From positions 1 through 53,949 of the IMG/VR virus record IMGVR_UViG_3300021093_000101: a stretch of DNA of 53,949 nucleotides. One strand, given 5' to 3'. A program made the translations under genes and the position numbers. The notes under the pieces are model-generated. The model was not told where the DNA came from and ran no database searches. It saw only the letters and a list, made by a program, of their open reading frames with translations. Positions 1-8,898 of the stretch are shown piece by piece (the first letter of the stretch is position 1; every line of letters begins with the position of its first letter). The stretch is from a virus. Its lineage: Duplodnaviria; Caudoviricetes.

Positions 1-172
1 CAAGCCTGCTAGGAATGAAACCTAGGTCTGGCCGGGTGATTTGCAAGAATTGCTCGGCTTCTTCTTTTGTTTCCCAAGGGAAAGTCATTGGCTGCGTCGT
101 GCCATCTTCATACCGAAGCGCAATACACCAGCCTCTATCGCATGGAGCAACAATAAGAGGAAGATCAACCAT
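1..172 (-). CDS. hypothetical protein, runs off the window start (MVDLPLIVAPCDRGW...)
   Basis: Read manually. ATG at 172, frame open to base 1. If the window ends are joined it continues a few codons to a TGA near 53933. Confidence 0.5.
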   Translation of the reverse strand, partial: MVDLPLIVAPCDRGWCIALRYEDGTTQPMTFPWETKEEAEQFLQITRPDLGFIPSRL

Positions 173-181
173 GACAAAATA

Positions 182-424
182 TTAGTTGCCAAACCCCCGT
201 CCGCTTGAGCGGACAAAAGGCCGCGCTGCTTCAAGCTCCTCAGTAATTTCCACGTCCATAGCCTCATCATCCTCGTCGCTTTCGTCGTCGCTGTACAAAA
301 TGTCTCCCAAATCGGCCATAGAACTTGCCGTCCAATCAAGCACGTCTTCTTTTGGCGAAAGAGGTTCAACGGTTTCTTCTGGCTCTTGAGACGGTTCAAA
401 GCGAGGTTCCCAAATGATTGCCAC
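182..424 (-). CDS. acidic hypothetical protein
   Basis: Track ORF 182..451; probable GTG start at 424; co-oriented downstream of the primase-helicase. Confidence 0.6.
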   Translation of the reverse strand: MAIIWEPRFEPSQEPEETVEPLSPKEDVLDWTASSMADLGDILYSDDESDEDDEAMDVEITEELEAARPFVRSSGRGFGN

Positions 425-476
425 AGTATTTACAAAATTATGAACTAGCAATAATTATAGACGAGCCGTAATTCTT

Positions 477-2516
477 CTAAAAGAAATCTTCATCGTCAAG
501 AGAGTCATCGCTCTCCATGTCATCGAGCCAAGACGAGCTATTGCTCTTCTTTTCTTGACTCACAATGGGGGTGGTATCGCTCACGATGGGGGTGACAATG
601 GGGAAGTCCGTGTCGGGCTCTTCATAGTCCCAAGAATGGTAAAGTCTTGTTTTCTCGCCGTTGGGGCCGTCTTGGAAACTGCTCGTAATCAGACCCTGCC
701 GCCGCGCCACTTCCAACATCTTGCCAGTGGTGGCCACATCCCAGCTTCCAGAAACCATCGCCACTTGCTGCTTGGTCAGGCGATCATTCTTCCTATTATT
801 CACGGCGTTCACCACTTGATCAAGCTCTTCAGCAGAGCCACCAAGAGGGCCAGCGTACCGCCAGCCGTAGTTGAGAGTGTCGCGCTGGAGCATGTGCTTG
901 CCAGTGAGTCCACTTCTACTTTTCAGCCACTCAAAGACGAACTGGTTGGTATCTGGGTTGTTTTCCTGCCTGGTGAGCTTTACAACTTCACTAACGTTGT
1001 CTACAAAACTCGTAGAGTCGCGGAGCCCGCCATTCTTGTTGAGATGGTGAAGGATGAGGATGGAGCATTTGTAAGTGTTGGCAATATCACGAAGTCCGTA
1101 AATAACATCGCCAGCATTGCTCTTGATTAAATCAACATTCATGCCAGCAAGGCACGCTGTGAGAGAGTCAATGGTGACAAACAAAGGACGATGCTTTCTC
1201 ACATATTCTTCCAATTGTTTCATATGGGCGAAGCGCCAGTTTTCCCAGAAAGCAATGGTGCCTTGTTCAATGCCAGCATCTTGATAACCAATCACTCCAA
1301 GCTTTTCGCTGGTATCCACTAATGGCTCATCACTTTGAATGATGAGGCTTTTGCCTTTCATGCAACGGCGTCCTGACCATGGCTGGCCCAAAGCAATGTT
1401 GAGCGCCCAGTTGTAGGCCACTGTGCTCTTGCCAGTGCCGCCAGACGCTGCCAGTAGCATCACGCTTCCCAAAGGCATGATGCCTGCAATCAGCCAGTCC
1501 CTGCTTTTGTCAGAGTTGGCAATGGTAAGGGCATCAATGGTTTCAATTTCTTCTCTTCCATAAATGCGTCCTTTTGCCTCGTCAATGATTTTGTCAATGT
1601 TTTGCTGATTCATCTTCACGCCACGCTGTTCTAGCCAGGCGCTGGTTTCGTAAGCAATGCGAGCATCATTGGCATAAAGCCCCACCATTCCTTCAATGGT
1701 GGAAATGATTTCTTCATAAGAAGGCTTGCCATCGTGTCCGCTATGTTTGCTTTTGGAAACAATGGAGGAAAGAAGATCGTCTTTAGTGGCACCCTCTTGA
1801 ATATAATCAGCAAGATCTAAGCCATTGCCACTTGGTAAATTTTGCCACTCCCACGAACGAGGATCGGCATAAAGCCACTGCGCTCCAGGATTGTCGCTTT
1901 CAATTTCTTTCATGAAAGCAACGCCTTGCTCATCACGATCAGGCGCTAAAACAATCTTTTTATTCTTGAAAAGCTGACTGTAATCTCCGTTGGTGCGATA
2001 TTGCTTACTGCCGCCAAGGAAAGTAACGCTAGGAAGACCAATACTCCACACTGATTCGCAAGTGAGTTCGCCTTCTACAACAATGATTGGCAAGCCAGTG
2101 CGCTCGCTTTCAGCAATGGCTTCGTTGTATTTATAAGGAAGAATGTTGGCCTTGGCTTCCTGAAGCGCAATCTTATGGTTGGGGGAATGGTGGTCAATGG
2201 AAGGGAAGTCTTGCCAGATGCGCTTGCTTCCGCTGGTGTCGTCACGATGCACCACCACCACTTCCTTTCCATCGCGATCCCTGTAGGCGAAGTCATAGGA
2301 GCCAGGATCTCGCGCAGGCTTTTCCCAGCGTGTCATCGGCGCCAAGGCGTCCCTTATTTCGGCGCGGTGTGCCGGAGAAGGGTCGTGCCAGCAGTTGTAG
2401 CCACCGTTGGCCTTGTTAACGGTAAAGTCGTTGCCACCACAGGCGGGACAAAGGAATTTTCCTGGTTCCTTGCTCGGCTCTAGCTGGTCAAGGAATTCCA
2501 GGATCGAGAAGGCCAT
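477..2516 (-). CDS. primase-helicase (Zn finger + TOPRIM + RecA/AAA_25-type helicase)
   Basis: CPACG Zn knuckle; TOPRIM VVEGE and PDRD; Walker A ASGGTGKS; Walker B VTIDS; LHHLNK motif; acidic DDEDFF tail. Confidence 0.9.
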   Translation of the reverse strand: MAFSILEFLDQLEPSKEPGKFLCPACGGNDFTVNKANGGYNCWHDPSPAHRAEIRDALAPMTRWEKPARDPGSYDFAYRDRDGKEVVVVHRDDTSGSKRIWQDFPSIDHHSPNHKIALQEAKANILPYKYNEAIAESERTGLPIIVVEGELTCESVWSIGLPSVTFLGGSKQYRTNGDYSQLFKNKKIVLAPDRDEQGVAFMKEIESDNPGAQWLYADPRSWEWQNLPSGNGLDLADYIQEGATKDDLLSSIVSKSKHSGHDGKPSYEEIISTIEGMVGLYANDARIAYETSAWLEQRGVKMNQQNIDKIIDEAKGRIYGREEIETIDALTIANSDKSRDWLIAGIMPLGSVMLLAASGGTGKSTVAYNWALNIALGQPWSGRRCMKGKSLIIQSDEPLVDTSEKLGVIGYQDAGIEQGTIAFWENWRFAHMKQLEEYVRKHRPLFVTIDSLTACLAGMNVDLIKSNAGDVIYGLRDIANTYKCSILILHHLNKNGGLRDSTSFVDNVSEVVKLTRQENNPDTNQFVFEWLKSRSGLTGKHMLQRDTLNYGWRYAGPLGGSAEELDQVVNAVNNRKNDRLTKQQVAMVSGSWDVATTGKMLEVARRQGLITSSFQDGPNGEKTRLYHSWDYEEPDTDFPIVTPIVSDTTPIVSQEKKSNSSSWLDDMESDDSLDDEDFF

Positions 2517-2663
2517 ATCGGGCAGGGCATCAGCAAAGCGTCACCATCATGGCAGGAACCGTGCCCCATGCAACTGGCCCGAACCATAAGAAATGCTGAT
2601 GGTTACAGGCACTTGCGACTGGGCTGGTGCAGACTATTGTGCTGAAGTCCCCTCGCCCCTACC

Positions 2664-2894
2664 ATGCCCAAGAGCTTGTATGAGGGTGGAAAACGGCGTC
2701 GCCACTTCACCCTGTCCGATCATGCCTATGCCCATTTAAGCAGCATTGCTGCAGAAGCTCAGCTTTCCCGCAGCGAAGCCCTTGAACGCCTCATTCGCTC
2801 AGTACCACAATGGGAAGGCATTGCTTCTCTTGCGGACGATGCTTGGTCCATGGTCATTGATTACTCCCTTCCCGAAAACCATGATTCTTTCTGA
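2664..2894 (+). CDS. ribbon-helix-helix (CopG-like) DNA-binding protein
   Basis: RRHFTLS strand followed by two helices with LSRSEALERLI; first gene of a divergent unit. Confidence 0.65.
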   Translation: MPKSLYEGGKRRRHFTLSDHAYAHLSSIAAEAQLSRSEALERLIRSVPQWEGIASLADDAWSMVIDYSLPENHDSF

Positions 2895-3138
2895 ACTGCT
2901 TGAAGTGCTGCATAAAGCAGAAGCCAAATATGGGGCTGATCTGCCAATTCTCCTTGCCTTTGAAGAAAGCGCAATGGACGAAGGCTATTCAGAAGATGCC
3001 ACTGAAGGCATTAGCGACGTGCGCGTTGTTAATGACTGGCCTCTTCCTGGAGAAAGCTTGATGACTTACGAGGGCGAACGCCCCAAGAAGCTTGTTATTT
3101 TTTATGACAACCACTACAAGCTTGATTCTTCCATCTAA
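2881..3138 (+). CDS. hypothetical protein
   Basis: ATG at 2881 overlaps the upstream gene end; typical small phage protein (MILSELLEVL...). Confidence 0.65.
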   Translation: MILSELLEVLHKAEAKYGADLPILLAFEESAMDEGYSEDATEGISDVRVVNDWPLPGESLMTYEGERPKKLVIFYDNHYKLDSSI

Positions 3139-3162
3139 TTGTCAACCCAAATCCTCGAAATC

Positions 3163-3987
3163 ATGTCTTCCCCTTTTGCTCAAGTTATCGAAATTACGCC
3201 TGAAATGGCGCAAAATTATTTATCCGCCAACGGCAACAATCGCCCTTTCTCCATCTCTTTGGCGCAAAAATATGCCAAGCAAATGGCTAACGGCGACTGG
3301 TACATAACTGGACAGGGAATTTCCTTGGCAGCAGACGGCTCGGTTCTTGACGGCCAGCATCGACTGCAGGGCATAATTGAACACAATTTCCCTGTCAAAA
3401 TGTTGGTCATGTACAACTGCGACAAAGAATCTTTTACAGTTCTCGACACGGGACGCTCTCGCAATGCCACTGACGTACTGAAAATTGCCGGTTGCGATAG
3501 TCATACAAAAATTATCTCCGCCGGTCTTCGATTGGTTATCCCATTGCTTATCAATCCTTCTAAATGGTTTGCCAGCTCGCAAGGAATTACCAATAAACAA
3601 ATTCGTCAAATGTGGGAAGACAACAAAGACCTTTGCTCTTGGGCTGCAGCTACAGCAAACATGAATAACAATAGAATTTTCTCCAAATCAGTATTCTTTA
3701 CTTTTTTATATTTTGCTGATAGCAGGGGCTGGGGCCACGAGGCTTTAGAGCGTTTTACGGAAGATTTCGTAGAATGCGCCGGACTAGAAAAGGGAAGTCC
3801 GATCTTGGCTTACAGGAATTATATTGCCGCCTATCGCCAGCAAGTAAACATGAACCAACAACGATTGGCGGCCCTCTCCTCGTTAATTAAATGCTTTAAT
3901 CAGACAATGGAAAGCAAGTATGTGGACAGCGATGGCTTTAAACCGCCGGAAAAAGGTTGCATCGCGTCATTGGTTTTTCCTGACTAA
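3163..3987 (+). CDS. ParB/Srx-like DGQHR-domain protein
   Basis: ITPEMAQNYL...NNR...LDGQHRL...LDTGRSR motif series; TTG at 3139 is an alternative start. Confidence 0.8.
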   Translation: MSSPFAQVIEITPEMAQNYLSANGNNRPFSISLAQKYAKQMANGDWYITGQGISLAADGSVLDGQHRLQGIIEHNFPVKMLVMYNCDKESFTVLDTGRSRNATDVLKIAGCDSHTKIISAGLRLVIPLLINPSKWFASSQGITNKQIRQMWEDNKDLCSWAAATANMNNNRIFSKSVFFTFLYFADSRGWGHEALERFTEDFVECAGLEKGSPILAYRNYIAAYRQQVNMNQQRLAALSSLIKCFNQTMESKYVDSDGFKPPEKGCIASLVFPD

Positions 3988-4038
3988 TTCGCGTGAAACA
4001 TCCTTTCTTTTTTTTACAACCCCAACGATTTTTAGACC

Positions 4039-4926
4039 ATGAATTTTCCCACTAATTCCATGAATGAAGCTATGCTCACTGAGCGTATGCTTGGCCATTT
4101 TTCTCCTCTTGAAATTACGCCTGAAGCCTTCAAAAAAGCTTACGAGCTTCCTATTGGTGAGCACGTTGAAAAGAATTACAAGGGCCTTTCCTATTTATCA
4201 TGGCCTTTTGCCTTCCGCTACCTCAACGAACAATTCCCTGGCACTTTTGTTGCCTTTGAAGAAAAGGAAGCTGGCTGGCCAGTGTTTGGTAAAGAAGGCT
4301 GTTGGCTGCTGCGTCCTTATTTGACGGATGGCATCAGGCGCACTCCTGCGCTGGTGTTTCCCATCATGGACAACAAGCACAATGCAGTGAAGGAGCTGGA
4401 TGCTCGTCAAGTGAGCGACAACATTCAACGGGCCAGCGTTAAATGCATTGCTACTTTCACTGGTCTTGGTCTCAAGCTCTATGCAGGCGAAGACATTCCC
4501 AAGGCGGATGATGCGCCAATAGAAGAGCAGCCCGCCCCAAAGTCTGCCCCTGAGGCCAAGACGGTTGCACCTTCTCCCAAGGAGGCTACTGGTGGCACTT
4601 CTAAAGAAGAGTTCAATGGGAAAGAAACCTTGCTTGCTTTCTGCAAAGCCAATCCTCTTGATTATGCAGACGAGCGCACCAGCATGATGGCTGGCAAGCG
4701 AGCCTTGGAAGCCATTGGGCTAGCCAAAGGCGAAGACATCAAGGACGGTGCCATGTTCGCCAATGTCGTGACCACCATGGTCAGCTCCTATATGAGCGAA
4801 AACGGCATCAAGATGACCAAGGCAACCATGGCAAAAGAGCTTGATACGCTTCGGGCCATTTGCGCCGAGGGTACTGCCGAACAAGCAGTGAAGGGAGTAA
4901 AGGTGCTGCTGGAAGGAAAAAAGTAG
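4039..4926 (+). CDS. Sak3/DUF1071-like single-strand annealing protein
   Basis: GLSYLSW, PIMDNKHNA and QRASVKCIA..GLGLKLYAGED motifs; next to an exonuclease and an SSB-like gene. Confidence 0.8.
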   Translation: MNFPTNSMNEAMLTERMLGHFSPLEITPEAFKKAYELPIGEHVEKNYKGLSYLSWPFAFRYLNEQFPGTFVAFEEKEAGWPVFGKEGCWLLRPYLTDGIRRTPALVFPIMDNKHNAVKELDARQVSDNIQRASVKCIATFTGLGLKLYAGEDIPKADDAPIEEQPAPKSAPEAKTVAPSPKEATGGTSKEEFNGKETLLAFCKANPLDYADERTSMMAGKRALEAIGLAKGEDIKDGAMFANVVTTMVSSYMSENGIKMTKATMAKELDTLRAICAEGTAEQAVKGVKVLLEGKK

Positions 4927-4962
4927 ACTTGGCGGCGGCCCGTCTCGCACGGGCCTTCGCTG
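4917..4962 (+). other. candidate -1 programmed ribosomal frameshift signal (A AAA AAG + stem-loop)
   Basis: Heptamer at 4917-4923 immediately before TAG; 7-nt spacer; stem 4931-4961; -1 frame open to TGA at 5028-5030. Confidence 0.7.
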
Positions 4963-5005
4963 GCGTCATTGTTACAAACGAAGACGGCTCCTTTTTTGAT
5001 GGCCC

Positions 5006-5128
5006 ATGTCCCTGGCATTTTCCTTCCTGACAATTTTGGTGACCATCCTTCTGATGGTGGCAATCATGGGCATTTCCATTTTGATTGCATTATTGATTGA
5101 AAAACTTTTTGATTTGGATTCTTATTAA
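5006..5128 (+). CDS. small single-pass membrane protein (40 aa)
   Basis: Read manually: MSLAFSFLTILVTILLMVAIMGISILIALLIEKLFDLDSY. Confidence 0.5.
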   Translation: MSLAFSFLTILVTILLMVAIMGISILIALLIEKLFDLDSY

Positions 5129-5130
5129 CC

Positions 5131-5271
5131 ATGAAAACTATTTTTCTTTTTCTTTCCATCATTCTCCTGACTGCTCCTGCATTTGCCTGCAAGGAGCCCA
5201 TTACAAAAGTGGGCAAGAGCTGTCCGCTGGGCTACTACAGTTCAAGCGGCTATTGCATTCCTAGCAGATAG
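5131..5271 (+). CDS. small secreted Cys-containing peptide (46 aa)
   Basis: Read manually: signal-peptide-like MKTIFLFLSIILLTAPAFA followed by CKEPITKVGKSCPLGYYSSSGYCIPSR. Confidence 0.65.
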   Translation: MKTIFLFLSIILLTAPAFACKEPITKVGKSCPLGYYSSSGYCIPSR

Positions 5272-5278
5272 AGGTAAA

Positions 5279-6076
5279 GTGGCTTGTCTGGATCTTTGTC
5301 TGGCAGCCACTGTGCCTTCTTTTGAGCGCTTTGAGCCCAACCGCATTAGCCTCAATGGCAAGAGGCACTATCAATGTGTGGGTTTTCCCAATGTGCCGGA
5401 GGGCATGCTGTTGCCCTCTGTCACCACTGTTTTATCTTCAATGGCGCCAGTGGCCAAGATCATGGCGCTTATCAATTGGCGCAAGCGTGTGGGAGACGAT
5501 GAAGCTAATCGCCGCACTCGCTTAGCAGCTAATCGTGGCACGTGGATGCACGGCGTGCTGGAAGACTATTTCGATGGGGAAGATATTGAGCATCATCTCG
5601 AAAAAGCTCCTGATTGGCAGCCCTATTTCCAAGCAGTGGAGCCTTTTCTGGAAGGAGTGGTCGAGCCAATTCTCGTGGAAAGCGCAGTGGCCTGGTACGA
5701 CACCAATCTCGGTATGGGCTACTCAGGCACGCTTGATATGGTGGCGCAAATGACCAGCGGCTCTATTGCCTTGGTCGATTGGAAGACCAGCTATAAGGAA
5801 AAGAAAGACTACCAACTGGCTGATTACAAGCGGCAACTTGGCGCTTATTCCATGGCAGCAGAACAAATGTACGACCAGCCCATTGACGAGGCTTGGTGCG
5901 TGATTGCCTGCTACGACCCAGAAGAAGAAGATAGCGAGCCGTCGCTGCAGCTAGTCCACCTCGATGGCTTTGAGCTGCTCAGCCAGCAGCGCATCATGGA
6001 AGACACCGTGAAGAGATACTTTAGCCAGTTCTACCCTGGCGGCAAGGCATTTGCGCTAACGATGGATAGGGGGTAA
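5279..6076 (+). CDS. PD-(D/E)XK exonuclease (Cas4/lambda-exo-like)
   Basis: LPSVTTVL, RGTWMH, VE, SGTLD, VDWKT and QLGAY motifs; start uncertain (GTG 5279 after GAGG). Confidence 0.85.
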   Translation: MACLDLCLAATVPSFERFEPNRISLNGKRHYQCVGFPNVPEGMLLPSVTTVLSSMAPVAKIMALINWRKRVGDDEANRRTRLAANRGTWMHGVLEDYFDGEDIEHHLEKAPDWQPYFQAVEPFLEGVVEPILVESAVAWYDTNLGMGYSGTLDMVAQMTSGSIALVDWKTSYKEKKDYQLADYKRQLGAYSMAAEQMYDQPIDEAWCVIACYDPEEEDSEPSLQLVHLDGFELLSQQRIMEDTVKRYFSQFYPGGKAFALTMDRG

Positions 6077-6126
6077 GATTGGCAAGCCCTGCGGGGCATC
6101 AACCATCACTCCCCTGGAGAAACACC

Positions 6127-6375
6127 ATGGCCAATCGGCCTCCTATCACTGCCGCCATCGACCTCACCCCTGAATTGCTTAATGCAATGAAGAAGGCTGG
6201 TCCCAATGATCGCGGCAACTATTCCCTTGACATGGCAGTCTGGGAAAATACCAAAAAGACTTCTGAGCGCTCGCCTGGTTTTACGGGCAGCATCAAAGTG
6301 AAGGGCGCAGACAAGGACAGCCCCAAGGGCTATGCCTCAGTTTGGCAAAACAGTGGTTCCGACGATCTGTTCTGA
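6127..6375 (+). CDS. putative single-stranded DNA-binding protein
   Basis: AVWEN...SPGFTGSI motif, acidic-aromatic SDDLF C-terminus, position after annealase and exonuclease. Confidence 0.55.
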   Translation: MANRPPITAAIDLTPELLNAMKKAGPNDRGNYSLDMAVWENTKKTSERSPGFTGSIKVKGADKDSPKGYASVWQNSGSDDLF

Positions 6376-6378
6376 ATC

Positions 6379-6573
6379 ATGATCTCCCCAAGACCAGAAA
6401 AGAAAGATCCGCTCGTAGAGTTATTGGCATTGCTTATTGGATTTGGCCTTGCTTTTCTTTTGGCTCTTGGGGCTGGTTGGGCATGGACGGCCATTTGGCC
6501 GTCTTTGCCTTTCTGGCCCATCGTCTATCTTTCTTGGATTGCCATTGCCCTTTGTAATCGCGTTGGATCATGA
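6379..6573 (+). CDS. small membrane protein
   Basis: Two hydrophobic segments; ATGA overlap with dcd. Confidence 0.65.
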   Translation: MISPRPEKKDPLVELLALLIGFGLAFLLALGAGWAWTAIWPSLPFWPIVYLSWIAIALCNRVGS

Positions 6574-7160
6574 CCCTCTTAAATGACAATCAAATTGCCA
6601 AGTTTGCAGAGAATGACATTTTTTTGCCCTACGTTGGCGAAAAACGGCGCACTCTTGACAATGGCACGAAAGCAATTTCCTATGGGCTTTCGCAGGCAGG
6701 ATATGACATCCGCCTGTCCTCAGTGGAATTTTTAGTGTTCGACACGCTTCCGTTTGAAGGCGACGAGGACATTATTGATGCCAAAAATTTTACGCTGCAG
6801 CCAGAAGAAGCCAAGCTTCATGAGCAGGAAGATGGCGCCGCCTATTTTATTCTTCCATCAATGAGCTACGGTCTTGGCACCAGCCTTGAGCTGATCAACA
6901 TGCCAGACAATGTGTTTGCAATGGTGGAAGGCAAAAGCACCTATGGGCGCTGTGGCCTTATTGCTAACATTCTTCCCATTGAACCTGGCTGGTCTGGCTA
7001 TTTGACCATGTGCCTAATCAACCCTACGGGCTTTCCAATGAAGCTCTACGCCAATGAAGGCATTGCACAGGTGGTCATGTGGGAAATTGATCCCGTGGGG
7101 AAGGCTTATGAAGGTCTCTACCAGAAACAATCCGCTAGGGTGCAACTAGCTGCCGTGTAG
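6570..7160 (+). CDS. dcd: dCTP deaminase
   Basis: ISYGLSQAGYDIRL, GKSTYGRCG, PIEPGWSG, YANEGIAQ and YQKQ motifs. Confidence 0.9.
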   Translation: MTLLNDNQIAKFAENDIFLPYVGEKRRTLDNGTKAISYGLSQAGYDIRLSSVEFLVFDTLPFEGDEDIIDAKNFTLQPEEAKLHEQEDGAAYFILPSMSYGLGTSLELINMPDNVFAMVEGKSTYGRCGLIANILPIEPGWSGYLTMCLINPTGFPMKLYANEGIAQVVMWEIDPVGKAYEGLYQKQSARVQLAAV

Positions 7161-7163
7161 GCA

Positions 7164-7541
7164 TTGAGCGCTCTTGAAGATCAATTCCTTAGCCTTTGGC
7201 AGGCTCATTATCCTCAGTGGTCTCTAGAAAGAGAATTCTCTGATATTGAAGCTTGGGAAAAAGACTATCAAGAGCGCTACGCCCGTTCAAAACGAAGCAA
7301 AAGGTATCGCCTTGACTTTGCTCACCCCCTCTCTCGCACTGGCGTCGAAATACAAGGCGGCGTATATTCTCGTGGTCGTCATGTCACAGGCAGCGGCTAC
7401 GAGCGCGATTGTAAAAAATACAATCTTGCCTATACAAGCGGTTGGACGATTTTTCTCCTCACGTCTACCATGGCCAAAGATTCCGCTTGGCTCGCCGTGA
7501 TTGCTGAACATATTGCTCAACAATGCCAGAAGCTTCATTGA
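7164..7541 (+). CDS. Vsr/DUF559-like endonuclease
   Basis: SALE...YRLDFA...VEIQGG...GRH...DCKKYN...GW pattern. Confidence 0.75.
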   Translation: MSALEDQFLSLWQAHYPQWSLEREFSDIEAWEKDYQERYARSKRSKRYRLDFAHPLSRTGVEIQGGVYSRGRHVTGSGYERDCKKYNLAYTSGWTIFLLTSTMAKDSAWLAVIAEHIAQQCQKLH

Positions 7542-7824
7542 GAATTTCGTCTGCTGCCTGCAAGTCATTGTCGCGTTGAGCAAGAGCTTGACGAAGCTGA
7601 ATGTTTTCTAGCATCAAGCTTTGCAAGGCAGTTTGCATGGAAGACCATCCTTCAAGCAAATTCTTTGCCACTGGTTTTAATTGATCCAAGCTTGAGCATT
7701 CATCAATAGCGCGACGATTAACAGTTAGCGCAAATTCACGCTCCGTGGAATGCTCGAACGGACCCATGGCACCAATAATATTTTCACCATTGTAAGAAAG
7801 ACTCACGGGAATACAAAACTGCAT
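7465..7824 (-). CDS. hypothetical coiled-coil protein
   Basis: Track ORF with probable ATG at 7824; its 3' end overlaps the convergent endonuclease gene. Confidence 0.6.
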   Translation of the reverse strand: MQFCIPVSLSYNGENIIGAMGPFEHSTEREFALTVNRRAIDECSSLDQLKPVAKNLLEGWSSMQTALQSLMLENIQLRQALAQRDNDLQAADEILNEASGIVEQYVQQSRRAKRNLWPW

Positions 7825-7940
7825 GATTATTCTTCCGCTCTCCATAGCCTAAGTCGAAATGATTCCGCTTTGCTTTTGAAGAGCCTGCCAAAAAGCCGAG
7901 AATGCCGCACTATTGATTTCGGAAAGCCGATGGTTTATGC

Positions 7941-8189
7941 TTGGCAAGCCTTGCAACCACTGCTTTGAACGAAGAATCTTGGCGACTTTTGGACGATTTC
8001 GCTCTTGCTGCTATGCAGCAACTGGCCATGACTTGTGCACCCAATACCATTGGCGATCCGAAGAATTTTGAGCAATGGTGCGATGGAGTGGCGAAATGTT
8101 CTTATTTCATGGCTAGTTGCATGATGGAACAACGCAATAAAACTCATGAAATTATTTTGGATGCCATTGAAGGCAAGGAGGCAGAATGA
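7941..8189 (+). CDS. hypothetical protein
   Basis: DDFALAAMQ..A..SY.MA..MM..R pattern common in small phage proteins; ATGA coupling to thyX. Confidence 0.65.
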   Translation: MASLATTALNEESWRLLDDFALAAMQQLAMTCAPNTIGDPKNFEQWCDGVAKCSYFMASCMMEQRNKTHEIILDAIEGKEAE

Positions 8190-8896
8190 AGAAAGCATGT
8201 TTAGATCCGCTTGGTGATGGCATTAGTTCTGTACGATTGCTTGATTCCATGGGGAATAGCCTTTCTGTTGTCAATGATGCTCGTCAGTCTTTTGCTACGG
8301 AAAGCGAGCAATGGACAGAACGAGATGGCAAGCTTCTTCGCTACCTTGCAAGCCATCATCACACTTCTCCTTTCAGGGGTGTGGTATTTAAATGGGCAGT
8401 AAAGGCTCCTTTGTTTGTTGCTAGGCAATGGTGGAAGCATACGGTGGCTTCCACTTATGTGGACGATCAACTGGGCTGGAATGAAAAAAGCTTTCGCTAT
8501 TGCTCTGCAGAGGAAGCTGAGTTTTACACTCCCATCATTTTCATGAAACAAAGCGAGAGCAATAGGCAGGCCTCTGACGGACCCTTGGATGCTAACTCTC
8601 AGCAACTGGCTCTGAACCAATACGTGAGGGCCACGGAGGCTTGCAAGAGCGCCTATGAAGGGCTTTTGTTGACTGGCGTGAGCAAGGAACAGGCTCGTGC
8701 CGTGCTGCCTTCAGCTCTATACACTTCCTTCATTTGGACCTGCTCCCTTCAGGCTCTATTTCATTTCATCTCCTTGCGCATGGACAAGGGCGCCCAAGGC
8801 GAAATCGTGGCTTACGCTAGAGCCTTGCTTGAGCTTGGCGAGCCAGTGGCTCCTGAAGCCTTTGACGCCTTTGCTGAAAACAACTACCAATTCTGA
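8186..8896 (+). CDS. thyX: flavin-dependent thymidylate synthase
   Basis: HTSPF, PLFVARQWWKH, NEKSFRY, EQARAVLP, LR....AQGEI motifs. Confidence 0.92.
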   Translation: MKKACLDPLGDGISSVRLLDSMGNSLSVVNDARQSFATESEQWTERDGKLLRYLASHHHTSPFRGVVFKWAVKAPLFVARQWWKHTVASTYVDDQLGWNEKSFRYCSAEEAEFYTPIIFMKQSESNRQASDGPLDANSQQLALNQYVRATEACKSAYEGLLLTGVSKEQARAVLPSALYTSFIWTCSLQALFHFISLRMDKGAQGEIVAYARALLELGEPVAPEAFDAFAENNYQF

Positions 8897-8898
8897 CC

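Noticed and set aside
5279-6076. Cas4 / CRISPR system
   Set aside because: No repeat-spacer array or other cas genes were seen; the context is an annealase-exonuclease recombination module.
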